Part shown: one piece after another, positions 15,647-23,909 of the stretch
Layout: each line of letters opens with the position of its first letter
Numbering within the stretch: the stretch's first letter is position 1
IMG/VR virus record: IMGVR_UViG_3300005804_000109
Coordinates: 1-25,031 of that record
Origin: a virus
Lineage: Duplodnaviria > Caudoviricetes
Direction: 5' to 3' (one strand)
Length of the DNA stretch: 25,031 bases
Position numbers and translations under genes: made by a program
The notes under the pieces: generated by a model
What the model saw: only the letters and a program-made list of their open reading frames with translations
What the model was told of the DNA's origin: nothing
Database searches by the model: none

Positions 15647-16084
15647 ATGACACCGGCGCAAAAAGAAGAAGTCTATAAACTAAGATTGCAAGGTCTAGGC
15701 TACAAATCCATTGCCAAGGAACTGCATCTCTCGGTGGATGCGGTGAAGGGATACTGTAAACGGCAACATTTGAATGGGCCGGCAGAAGTGGTGCAGTTAA
15801 ATGCAAAGGAAATCAAGGCGAACAATGGTTTATGTGTGCGGTGCAATAATCCTATCCGGCAAAAGAAAGCGGGACGACCCAAACGATTTTGCTCGTATGC
15901 CTGCCGTTACAAGTGGTGGAATGAAAATCCTGATAAGCGCAATCCGAGTAGCGACGCCATCTACCACTACACGTGCCAACAGTGTGGAAAGCGGTTTAAC
16001 GCCTATGGCAATAAACGGCGGAAGTATTGCTGCCACGACTGCTATATAAAATCTAGATTTTGGGGAGAAGAAGATGGAGTTTAA
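15647..16084 (+). CDS. Phage HTH + zinc-finger protein
   Basis: AAAGGAG RBS before ATG 15647; HTH plus CVRC/CSYAC/CQQC/CCHDC. Confidence 0.8.
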   Translation: MTPAQKEEVYKLRLQGLGYKSIAKELHLSVDAVKGYCKRQHLNGPAEVVQLNAKEIKANNGLCVRCNNPIRQKKAGRPKRFCSYACRYKWWNENPDKRNPSSDAIYHYTCQQCGKRFNAYGNKRRKYCCHDCYIKSRFWGEEDGV

Positions 16085-17303
16085 GAAGCTAGCAATCGAT
16101 GATCTCATCCCAGCCAGCTACAACCCTAGGAAAAAGTTGAAGCCTGGCGATCGGGAATTTGAGAAAATAAAAAACAGCATCACTGAGTTTGGCTATGTGG
16201 ATCCGGTCATTGTGAACAAGAATTTGACGGTGATTGGTGGCCACCAGCGGATATCCGTACTCAAAACCCTAGGCTATTCAGAGATTGATTGCGTGGTCAT
16301 CGATATCGACAAGACTAAGGAAAAGGCGCTCAACATTGCTTTGAATAAAATCAGCGGTGAATGGAATAAGGAATTGCTGGCCGACCTGATTCAGGATCTA
16401 CAGACGCTGGACTATGATGTAGCCTTTACCGGATTTGAACCACCGGAGATTGAACAACTGTTTAATGAAATTCACTCCAAGGACATCCAAGAGGATGATT
16501 TTGATGTCGATGCCGAACTAACCCAGCCGGCAATCACCAAGAAGGGTGACGTATGGATTCTAGGCAGACACCGGCTGGTTTGCGGCGACAGTACTGACCC
16601 GGCGGTGTTCAGTTTGCTGATGGAAGGCAAGAAAGCCAATCTCGTGGTCACCGATCCGCCTTATAACGTTGCCTATGAGGCAAAGGCCGGAACCATACAA
16701 AACGATAATCTTAAAGATGCGGAGTTTTATCGATTCTTGCATCAAGCTTTCACTAATGTGGTAGAGGTTATGGAGAAGGATGCCTCTATTTATGTGTTCC
16801 ATGCCGACACGGAAGGGCTGAACTTTCGCAAGGCGTTTGTGGATGCTGGATTTTACTTGTCCGGTGTTTGCATCTGGGCCAAGCAGAGCCTGGTCCTTGG
16901 GCGTAGTCCGTATCACTGGAAGCATGAACCGATTCTGTATGGGTGGCGGAAAGATGGCAAACATACCTGGTATGCTGACCGCAAGCAAAGCACCATTTGG
17001 AATTTTGATCGCCCCGCGAAGAATGAACTTCATCCAACCATGAAGCCAGTGGCGTTGTGTGCCTACCCGATTGCCAATAGTAGCATGAGCAACTGCATCG
17101 TGCTGGATCCGTTTGGTGGCAGCGGATCTACCTTGATTGCTTGTGAACAGACCAATCGGATTTGCCACACTATCGAGCTGGATGAAAAATATGCCGACGT
17201 GATTGTGAAGCGATATATCGAGATCATCGGTGGTGACCACGGTGTATTTTGGGAACGAGACGGTCAAAAAATTCCCTATAAAGAGATCGTGAAGGCGAAA
17301 TAA
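16074..17303 (+). CDS. ParB-like N-terminal domain + N6-A/N4-C DNA methyltransferase (beta class)
   Basis: YNPRK..GGHQR ParB motifs; TDPPYN, HPTMKP, DPFGGSGST. Confidence 0.93.
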   Translation: MEFKKLAIDDLIPASYNPRKKLKPGDREFEKIKNSITEFGYVDPVIVNKNLTVIGGHQRISVLKTLGYSEIDCVVIDIDKTKEKALNIALNKISGEWNKELLADLIQDLQTLDYDVAFTGFEPPEIEQLFNEIHSKDIQEDDFDVDAELTQPAITKKGDVWILGRHRLVCGDSTDPAVFSLLMEGKKANLVVTDPPYNVAYEAKAGTIQNDNLKDAEFYRFLHQAFTNVVEVMEKDASIYVFHADTEGLNFRKAFVDAGFYLSGVCIWAKQSLVLGRSPYHWKHEPILYGWRKDGKHTWYADRKQSTIWNFDRPAKNELHPTMKPVALCAYPIANSSMSNCIVLDPFGGSGSTLIACEQTNRICHTIELDEKYADVIVKRYIEIIGGDHGVFWERDGQKIPYKEIVKAK

Positions 17304-17355
17304 AGCTTGCTATTACCTGTGTTTGGAGTGATGTATAGTGTAACGAAAACACAGG
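17304..17355 (+). repeat. 52-bp cassette-head repeat, copy 1 (promoter/operator-like, with internal IR)
   Basis: AGCTTGCTATTACCTGTGTTTGGAGTGAT...CGAAAACACAGG; first 29 bp are 28/29 identical to copy 2. Confidence 0.85.
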
Positions 17356-17366
17356 AGGTGCTTGCG

Positions 17367-17678
17367 ATGAAAGCATATTTTGGCAGAAAGATACCAGATA
17401 TTCAAGTCTTGAAAGCTGTGACCCGGCAAGCAAGGCAAGATAAATATTCCGGCTCAGCTTACATGGTCACCAAGGAGATTGTGCTCAACGATGAGGAATT
17501 CAAACGGTTCGCAGATGACTTGCTTGAAGATCAACCTTGGATTGCCAAGGAAGACGGCGGCATTAATCAAGCCGGGGAAATCCGGTGCATTCGGGTGCGA
17601 AACGCCGATAGCGACGAACGCATTTTGGTCAACAGCGAAGGCTACGACTACCCAAGGTATACAGCTGTTGAGGAATAA
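17367..17678 (+). CDS. DUF6329-like phage protein
   Basis: AGGAGG RBS; F..DLL.D..WI....GG......CI.V.......ILV.SEGYDYPRY. Confidence 0.7.
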   Translation: MKAYFGRKIPDIQVLKAVTRQARQDKYSGSAYMVTKEIVLNDEEFKRFADDLLEDQPWIAKEDGGINQAGEIRCIRVRNADSDERILVNSEGYDYPRYTAVEE

Positions 17679-17693
17679 GCTTAGAAGAGCAGA

Positions 17694-17718
17694 GGCAGGC
17701 CCAGTGGCCTGCTTTTTT
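17694..17718 (+). terminator. Intrinsic terminator
   Basis: GGCAGGCC-CAGT-GGCCTGC followed by T6. Confidence 0.7.
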
Positions 17719-17762
17719 ACTGTACCGCTACGTAGTTAAATCTTGAATATGCATGCACATTT

Positions 17763-17814
17763 AGCTTGCTATTACCTGTGTTTAGAGTGATAGATAGACT
17801 ACCGAAAACACAGG
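17763..17814 (+). repeat. 52-bp cassette-head repeat, copy 2
   Basis: AGCTTGCTATTACCTGTGTTTAGAGTGAT...CGAAAACACAGG, running into the RBS GGGAGGG. Confidence 0.85.
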
Positions 17815-17826
17815 GAGGGAAATAAC

Positions 17827-18024
17827 ATGCTTGTTAACAAAGGCGAACGATTTCAATCAACTTACGCACGGGAAACCTATGTAGTGGTGGGAAAATGGTG
17901 TGGCAATCTAGTTCTTGCTCCGACCACGCCAGAAAACGAGGAATGCTTGATCTATTCGAGCGGCGAAATCGAAGAATTGCTGACAAAGTTCAAATGGGTC
18001 CGGGAAGCGAGGTGTGAGCAATGA
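17827..18024 (+). CDS. Hypothetical phage protein (65 aa)
   Basis: GGGAGGG RBS; ATGA overlap with the next gene. Confidence 0.7.
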   Translation: MLVNKGERFQSTYARETYVVVGKWCGNLVLAPTTPENEECLIYSSGEIEELLTKFKWVREARCEQ

Positions 18025-18767
18025 CTCGCAAAGAATTGGTCCAGGCACTGGAAGCAAAATGGGGAGTCAAGGCAACCTACCTCGGCGTGCCGAGTTGCGC
18101 CTATGAATTTAAGTGCGCCAAAGGGAGCTTTATTGTGGAGAGAGATGGCGCGATTCGAGATATGGACGGACTGGTGGTAACCGTCGAGGAACTGTTGGAC
18201 GCAAGCGATGAAACAGTTTTGGCAGAAACAACGGAAGAAATAGAGGATGCCTATAGGGTGGAACTGCCGCTGACCAGCCATACGGTCGCAAGCATTCGAA
18301 ACTTGATCAATATGCTTGCGGGCAAACAGCAATTGTTTGTCAGTTCCTTGAATCTTGCGATGCCTCTGCTCGATAAAAGCTTGGCCGAAGATTTAGATCA
18401 AATTGCTCTTGCGGACTTCGAATGGTTGCACGCCATTTGGGATAAGTTGAAAGGTAACCGCTGTCAGGGATTGGACCTGGATTTTGTAAGGCAGACACTC
18501 ACCGTGAAGCTATTAGCGGATAATCCCACGCCGGATGAAGTGGCGGCTTTTCATGATTTAGTAGTCTGCATAGATGAAATGGCCAGAAAGCTGAAGCATT
18601 CTTCCTTCAAATCTGCGCAGGAAGACAATCCCAAGTTCGCTTTCCGGACCTGGCTGCTTCGGCTGGGTATGAACGGCGAAAAATTCAAAACCACTAGAAA
18701 AGTGCTGCTGGCCAGACTTTCCGGGAACAGCGCTTTTCGCAGTCCCAAGGCAGAGGAGGGAGTCTGA
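18021..18767 (+). CDS. Conserved phage protein ('virulence-related protein' annotation class)
   Basis: RKELV.AL.......YLG.PS.AYE N-terminus and NPKFAFRTWLLRLG..G..FKTTRK.LL..L.GN.AFR C-terminus. Confidence 0.8.
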   Translation: MTRKELVQALEAKWGVKATYLGVPSCAYEFKCAKGSFIVERDGAIRDMDGLVVTVEELLDASDETVLAETTEEIEDAYRVELPLTSHTVASIRNLINMLAGKQQLFVSSLNLAMPLLDKSLAEDLDQIALADFEWLHAIWDKLKGNRCQGLDLDFVRQTLTVKLLADNPTPDEVAAFHDLVVCIDEMARKLKHSSFKSAQEDNPKFAFRTWLLRLGMNGEKFKTTRKVLLARLSGNSAFRSPKAEEGV

Positions 18768-18973
18768 TGGATCGTTTCTTTACGCAGAAGACTTGTGATC
18801 GCTGCGGCAACAGCTTGGTTGGGGGGCGGATCATGTCCATGTATAATACTGACTGCATTTGTCTTGCCTGCAAGGAAAAAGAAAGGGAGCGAGTCGATTA
18901 TCAAGAAGCTGTTCAAGCGGATCTGGACGAGGCGAAAAAGGGCAATATGAATTACAAGGGGATTAAAGGATAG
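18767..18973 (+). CDS. Small zinc-finger phage protein
   Basis: CDRC...RIMSMYNTDCICLAC; TGATG coupling with the upstream gene. Confidence 0.75.
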   Translation: MDRFFTQKTCDRCGNSLVGGRIMSMYNTDCICLACKEKERERVDYQEAVQADLDEAKKGNMNYKGIKG

Positions 18974-18987
18974 TCAAATTGCAGGAT

Positions 18988-19018
18988 GGGGCTTGCCAGG
19001 TGGCGGGCTCTTTTCTTA
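18988..19018 (+). terminator. Intrinsic terminator
   Basis: GGGCTTGCCA-GG-TGGCGGGCTC followed by TTTTCTT. Confidence 0.6.
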
Positions 19019-19146
19019 TGCTGTGTACAGAAGACTTGCTATCAGATGTATTCATTATGATAAATAAGTAGCAGGAGAGTGGATTTGCCAATAGAAATAT
19101 ATACCATGATGCATAATCAATCTACATTTGACAGGAGCGAAACGAT

Positions 19147-20097
19147 ATGACTTCGTGGCTATACTGTTTGGCAAATAAAGAGCATGAGAAGAATGGATAT
19201 ATCGTTGCTAGTGACGATAAGCTTTTAGCAGCAACCGTAGAGAATTTTGTTAACCTTGCTCAGGTCCACGGCCTTAAAGACGATAGTTGGAACGTAGAAC
19301 AGTATTTGGTGACTAAAGAAGGTAGGAAAAGTGGAATAAGTGCCGGGGTTGAAAAAGATGATGCGGTTTATATTTGTGGGCGATTTGGAACAGGAGGGTC
19401 AAAGGCCAGAATAGTCGGTTATGCCAAAGTGTTGGATAAAGATGTAGTAAGTAAAACAATAAGTTTAGCATTTGATGGCAACAGATGCCGTGAATTGAGT
19501 GAGAAGCCATGTGAGGTTGAATTAGGGCGCACAGGGAAATTCTCAAATTTAATTCCCGTTACACCGGAAGCGTTGAAAAAGCTAGAAATGGAAAGTGTTG
19601 ATTATATAAATAGCAACAATGAAAATGAATGTTTTAGCAGTGATCTGCTATATCAGGAAAAGGTGAATTATTCTTTAAAAACTTTTGATTCAGCAGACAT
19701 GAAAGATGTACCTAAACCAAAACCAGCCATGTGTTCTAACAAGCAAGAGGTATATATTCGGGATCCAAACGAAGGAAAAAAAGCGCTTTATCGAGCGAAT
19801 TATAAATGCGAATGGGATCAGAGCCATGAATTTTTTGTTTCCGCTACTACGGGGAAAAATTATGTGGAATGTCACCATTTGATTCCAATGAAATACCAAA
19901 GTGAATTTGCTGAAAGTAGTATAGATGTAGACGCAAACATAATTTCACTTTGTCCTGCTTGCCATAGGAAGCTTCATTATGCAAAGTATAATGAAAAGAC
20001 AGATATGTTGAAGGATTTGTTGCAGAAACGCACAGAAAGACTGGTAAAAACTAAAGTTAATATTACTGAAGAACAACTGTTAAGTTATTACAAATAA
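19147..20097 (+). CDS. McrA-like HNH endonuclease with possible EVE/PUA-like N-terminal domain
   Basis: C-terminal RD....K.AL.RANYKCE...YVECHHLIP...D...NIISLCPACHRKLHY; N-terminal DDAVYI...IVGYAKV; AT-rich; AGGAG RBS. Confidence 0.8.
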   Translation: MTSWLYCLANKEHEKNGYIVASDDKLLAATVENFVNLAQVHGLKDDSWNVEQYLVTKEGRKSGISAGVEKDDAVYICGRFGTGGSKARIVGYAKVLDKDVVSKTISLAFDGNRCRELSEKPCEVELGRTGKFSNLIPVTPEALKKLEMESVDYINSNNENECFSSDLLYQEKVNYSLKTFDSADMKDVPKPKPAMCSNKQEVYIRDPNEGKKALYRANYKCEWDQSHEFFVSATTGKNYVECHHLIPMKYQSEFAESSIDVDANIISLCPACHRKLHYAKYNEKTDMLKDLLQKRTERLVKTKVNITEEQLLSYYK

Positions 20098-20140
20098 TAC
20101 TACCAAATTAGCATGGGAATTAGATGGTGTTATATTATCG

Positions 20141-20170
20141 GGGCTTACTTGAGAGTAAGCTCCGTTTTTT
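20141..20170 (+). terminator. Intrinsic terminator
   Basis: GGGCTTACT-TGAG-AGTAAGCTC followed by CGTTTTTT. Confidence 0.65.
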
Positions 20171-20200
20171 ATCCTAACAAGGGGGGAGGTGGTGATACCA

Positions 20201-20686
20201 ATGACGCAAAGAGGCAGAAAGCCCAAGCCAACGGCGCTGAAAATCCTGGAGGGCAATCCTGGGAAACGGCAGCTTAATACCAGAGAACCAACACCAGAAA
20301 AAAGAGCGCCCAAATGTCCAGGTTGGCTGGATCCCGAAGCCAAGAAAGAGTGGCGCCGCTTGACCAAGCAGTTAGAAGGCCTTGGTCTCTTAACCGAGAT
20401 TGATATGGCCGCCTTTGCCGGTTACTGCCAAGCCTATGCCCGCTGGAAAGAAGCGGAGGAATTTATCAGCAAGCATGGCACCATCGTCAAAACACCATCA
20501 GGCTATTGGCAGCAAGTGCCGCAGGTATCCATCGCCCAGACGTATTTGAAGCTCATGAACAAGTTATGCGAGCAATTTGGGTTGACCCCATCTGCCCGTA
20601 GTCGGATGATCGCTGGGGCGGGGCAGCAAGAGGCGATGGACCCCATGGAACTGCTCTTGCTAAACGGAGGGAGAAAGAGTGTATGA
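20201..20686 (+). CDS. terS: Terminase small subunit, P27 family
   Basis: RGRKPKPTALK.LEGNPGKR.LN...P..L...AKKEW.R...FGLTPSARSR. Confidence 0.93.
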   Translation: MTQRGRKPKPTALKILEGNPGKRQLNTREPTPEKRAPKCPGWLDPEAKKEWRRLTKQLEGLGLLTEIDMAAFAGYCQAYARWKEAEEFISKHGTIVKTPSGYWQQVPQVSIAQTYLKLMNKLCEQFGLTPSARSRMIAGAGQQEAMDPMELLLLNGGRKSV

Positions 20687-22223
20687 TGAAACAAAAGCGA
20701 AACATGCGGTTGATTTTATCAACTGCTTAAAACATACTAAAGGACAGTGGCGCGGACAGCCGTTCGAACTTTTGCCTTGGCAAGATAAAATCATCCGGGA
20801 TATTTTTGGCACGGTTAAAGGGAATGGCTACCGACAGTACAATACGGCGTATATTGAAATCCCGAAGAAAAACGGCAAATCCGAATTGGCCGCTGCGGTA
20901 GCACTCTTGATGACTTGCGGTGATAATGAGTGGGGGGCGGAAGTCTATGGATGCGCCTCCGACCGCCAGCAGGCATCCATCGTATTTGATGTGGCCGTGG
21001 ATATGGTAGACCAATGCCCGGCGTTGAAAAAGCGGATTAAGCCGATAATGTCGGTCAAACGACTGGTATATCAACCGACCAATAGCTTTTACCAAGTGCT
21101 GTCGGCTGAAGCTTATACCAAGCATGGGCTCAATGTCCATGCGGTGGTTTTTGATGAACTGCATGCCCAACCCAGCCGGAGCCTCTATGATGTTATGACC
21201 AAAGGTTCTGGTGATGCCAGAACCCAGCCCCTGTTTTTTCTTATCACTACTGCAGGCAATGACCGCAATTCCATCTGCTATGAAGTGCACCAAAAAGCAG
21301 AAGACCTGCTGGCTGGAAGAAAGATGGATCCCACCTTTTATCCGGTGATCTATGGCATCGACGATGCCGATGATTGGAGCGACGAAAACAACTGGTATAA
21401 GGCCAATCCATCCTTGGGCCATACCATCGATATAGAGAAAGTCCGGGCGGCGTTTCAAAGCGCCAAGGAAAATCTGGCCGAAGAGAATTTGTTTCGGCAA
21501 CTGCGGCTTAACCAATGGGTGAAGCAATCTGTGCGCTGGATGCAGATGGAGCGTTGGGATGACTGCGCATTTCCCATTAACCTGGCGAGTTTGCGCGGGC
21601 GCCTGTGTTATGGCGGTTTGGATTTATCTAGCACGACGGATATCACCGCTTTTGTACTGGTGTTTCCGCCGCGCGAGGAAAGGGACTGCTTCGTGGTGTT
21701 GCCGTACTTTTGGATCCCCGCAGAGAATTTGGCTACGCGAGTCAGACGCGATCATGTGCCCTATGACATTTGGCAGCAGCAGGGCTATATCAGAACAACC
21801 GAAGGGAATGTAGTGCACTATGGCTTTATCGAAGCATTTATTGAGGAACTCCATACAACGTACAACATCAAGGAAATCGCTTTTGACCGATGGGGAGCCG
21901 TCCAGATGGTCCAAAATCTCGAAGGCATGGGCTTTACTGTGGTCCCCTTTGGGCAGGGTTATAAGGACATGTCTCCGGCGACCAAAGAACTGATGAAGTT
22001 AACCTTGGAAAAAAGAATTGCCCATGGGGGAAACCCAGTACTCCGCTGGATGATGGATAACATCTTCGTAAAAACCGACCCGGCGGGGAACATCAAGCCG
22101 GACAAAGAAAAAAGCACCGATCGCATTGACGGTGCTGTGGCGCTGATTATGGCACTGGACCGGGCAATTAGGAATGAGACTAGGTCCAGTGTATATGATG
22201 AGCGGGGGATATGGGGGGTGTGA
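20679..22223 (+). CDS. terL: Terminase large subunit (Terminase_1 type)
   Basis: PKKNGKSEL Walker A, VFDELHA Walker B, ITTAG, GLDLSSTTD, RIDGAVA. Confidence 0.96.
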   Translation: MYDETKAKHAVDFINCLKHTKGQWRGQPFELLPWQDKIIRDIFGTVKGNGYRQYNTAYIEIPKKNGKSELAAAVALLMTCGDNEWGAEVYGCASDRQQASIVFDVAVDMVDQCPALKKRIKPIMSVKRLVYQPTNSFYQVLSAEAYTKHGLNVHAVVFDELHAQPSRSLYDVMTKGSGDARTQPLFFLITTAGNDRNSICYEVHQKAEDLLAGRKMDPTFYPVIYGIDDADDWSDENNWYKANPSLGHTIDIEKVRAAFQSAKENLAEENLFRQLRLNQWVKQSVRWMQMERWDDCAFPINLASLRGRLCYGGLDLSSTTDITAFVLVFPPREERDCFVVLPYFWIPAENLATRVRRDHVPYDIWQQQGYIRTTEGNVVHYGFIEAFIEELHTTYNIKEIAFDRWGAVQMVQNLEGMGFTVVPFGQGYKDMSPATKELMKLTLEKRIAHGGNPVLRWMMDNIFVKTDPAGNIKPDKEKSTDRIDGAVALIMALDRAIRNETRSSVYDERGIWGV

Positions 22224-22297
22224 AAGTGAAATTAGCAGGTTAAATGCTTGAATAATTTCAACAAACAAATGAAAATTGAAATAATGGCGGCGGTTAT

Positions 22298-22341
22298 TCA
22301 TTGTTATTTCATTTTTTATTGAATAAATGAAATAACAATGA
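22298..22341. promoter_or_regulatory. Perfect 17-bp inverted repeat upstream of the fic gene (operator-like)
   Basis: TCATTGTTATTTCATTT-N10-AAATGAAATAACAATGA; further TGAAAT/ATTTCA half-sites within 22224-22366. Confidence 0.65.
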
Positions 22342-22378
22342 TAAGATGATGTTGTAATTTCATTTCAAGGAGATAAAT

Positions 22379-23521
22379 ATGAAGAATCGAGCAGGAACAT
22401 TTAAAAAGAATCTGAGTGGAGAACTTCAATACTCATCCTTTGAACCCAAGCCATTGCCACCGAATCCATCCGTTGAGATGGAAGAAGACATGATTTCGTT
22501 GCTAGTGCAAGCTAACCGAGTGTTGGGGGTTTTGAACGCACTTTCGCATAGAATACCCAGTATTGATTTGTTTGTTTCCATGTATGTGCGAAAAGAAGCT
22601 TTATTATCTTCGCAAATCGAGGGAACGCAAGCAACATTAGATGATATATTAGATCCAGCCTTGGAATCTAACACAAATCGAAATGTAGCGGAGGTTATAA
22701 ACTATATTAAAGCAGTGGAATACGCCACTAGCCGACTGCAGAACCTTCCGCTATGCAATCGATTATTACGCGAAATACACGAAGTGCTAATGGAACATGT
22801 GCGCGGCGGGGAGAAAAATCCCGGCGAGTTTAGGCAAAGTCAAAATTGGATAGGGCCTCAAGGCAGCAATCTAAACAATGCAACTTATGTACCTCCTAAC
22901 CCGGAGGATATGCAAATTGCTATGTCGAATTTGGAGAAGTTTATAAACCTTGAAGATGAGATAGACCCGCTAATAAAAATCGCCTTAATCCACTATCAGT
23001 TTGAAACGATTCATCCATTTTTAGATGGGAATGGACGAGTTGGCAGACTTTTGATTACGCTTTTTTTACGTGAAAAGAACATGCTCACTTATCCAACTTT
23101 ATACATTTCATATTTTCTAAAAAGAAACCGTATTGAGTACTATGATCGTATGATGGAAGTGAGAATGAAGGGGAACTTTGAGCAATGGGTTAAATTTTTC
23201 TTAAGGGCGATTGCTGCATCCGCCCAAGATGCGATTGACACTATTGACGCGCTGGTCACATTGCATCAGAAAAATTGCGATAAAGTAGAGGCGGTGAAAA
23301 GTTCTCGCAAGACCGTGGCAAGAGTTTTTGATTATATAGAAAAGCAACCAATAATTGATATCAAAAAAGCTAGCACGGACTTAGAAATATCATTTAATAC
23401 AATGTCAAAGGCTGTAAAAACTCTTGAAGAAATCGGCATCTTAAAGCAAACGCAGAATGCAGCTCGCAATCGCTGCTTTGCCTATGAAGAGTACCTTGCC
23501 ATTTTGCGAAAAGATACCTGA
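22379..23521 (+). CDS. Fic family protein (Fic_N + Fic + C-terminal HTH)
   Basis: Catalytic HPFLDGNGRVGR; inhibitory SSQIEG motif; C-terminal winged helix; AAGGAG RBS. Confidence 0.93.
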   Translation: MKNRAGTFKKNLSGELQYSSFEPKPLPPNPSVEMEEDMISLLVQANRVLGVLNALSHRIPSIDLFVSMYVRKEALLSSQIEGTQATLDDILDPALESNTNRNVAEVINYIKAVEYATSRLQNLPLCNRLLREIHEVLMEHVRGGEKNPGEFRQSQNWIGPQGSNLNNATYVPPNPEDMQIAMSNLEKFINLEDEIDPLIKIALIHYQFETIHPFLDGNGRVGRLLITLFLREKNMLTYPTLYISYFLKRNRIEYYDRMMEVRMKGNFEQWVKFFLRAIAASAQDAIDTIDALVTLHQKNCDKVEAVKSSRKTVARVFDYIEKQPIIDIKKASTDLEISFNTMSKAVKTLEEIGILKQTQNAARNRCFAYEEYLAILRKDT

Positions 23522-23568
23522 CGATGAAAACCGCTTAAGCTGATTAATGAAATGAAAGGTGGATGGCA

Positions 23569-23832
23569 ATGAGCGAAATAGGTAAGTGCAGTTGTTGTTC
23601 TGATAAGGTTGAAAGCATGGGGACAGCGGCAATCGGCGAGTATGTTTGTTATTGTAATAAAGTAACGGAAAAAGACATTGCGTGTGCAATTGCTGAAAAA
23701 GGAGCAGATTCAGTTGAGGCCGTCATTCGGATTACAGGTGCTATGGTTAATAGTAATTGCAAGGTCAACAATCCGAAGGGGATTTGTTGCTATACCGACA
23801 TAGTTGCGGTTTTTAATAAATACAAGAGATAA
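23569..23832 (+). CDS. BFD-like (2Fe-2S)/Zn-binding small protein
   Basis: VCYCNKVTE.DI..AI...GA.SV..V...TGAM....C...NPKG.CC; AAGGTGG RBS favours ATG 23569. Confidence 0.8.
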   Translation: MSEIGKCSCCSDKVESMGTAAIGEYVCYCNKVTEKDIACAIAEKGADSVEAVIRITGAMVNSNCKVNNPKGICCYTDIVAVFNKYKR

Positions 23833-23853
23833 AGAAACGTTGACGCATATGGA

Positions 23854-23884
23854 GGGGCATCTTCTAAACAGAAGGTGCTTTTTT
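23854..23884 (+). terminator. Hairpin/terminator before the portal gene
   Basis: GGCATCTTCT-AAAC-AGAAGGTGCT followed by TTTTT. Confidence 0.55.
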
Positions 23885-23909
23885 CATGCCCATTTTCAGG
23901 AGGTGACTC

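Noticed and set aside
16560-17267. 235-aa minus-strand ORF
   Set aside because: Antisense shadow of the methyltransferase; no RBS or recognisable motif
17304-17814. 52-bp repeats as CRISPR repeats or IS ends
   Set aside because: Only two full copies, separated by a whole gene and terminator; no transposase or target-site duplication
18767-18973. Gamma-glutamylcyclotransferase label sometimes given to similar proteins
   Set aside because: No YGS/GGCT motif; only a Cys4 zinc finger is visible
20727-21527. 266-aa minus-strand ORF
   Set aside because: Antisense shadow of terL
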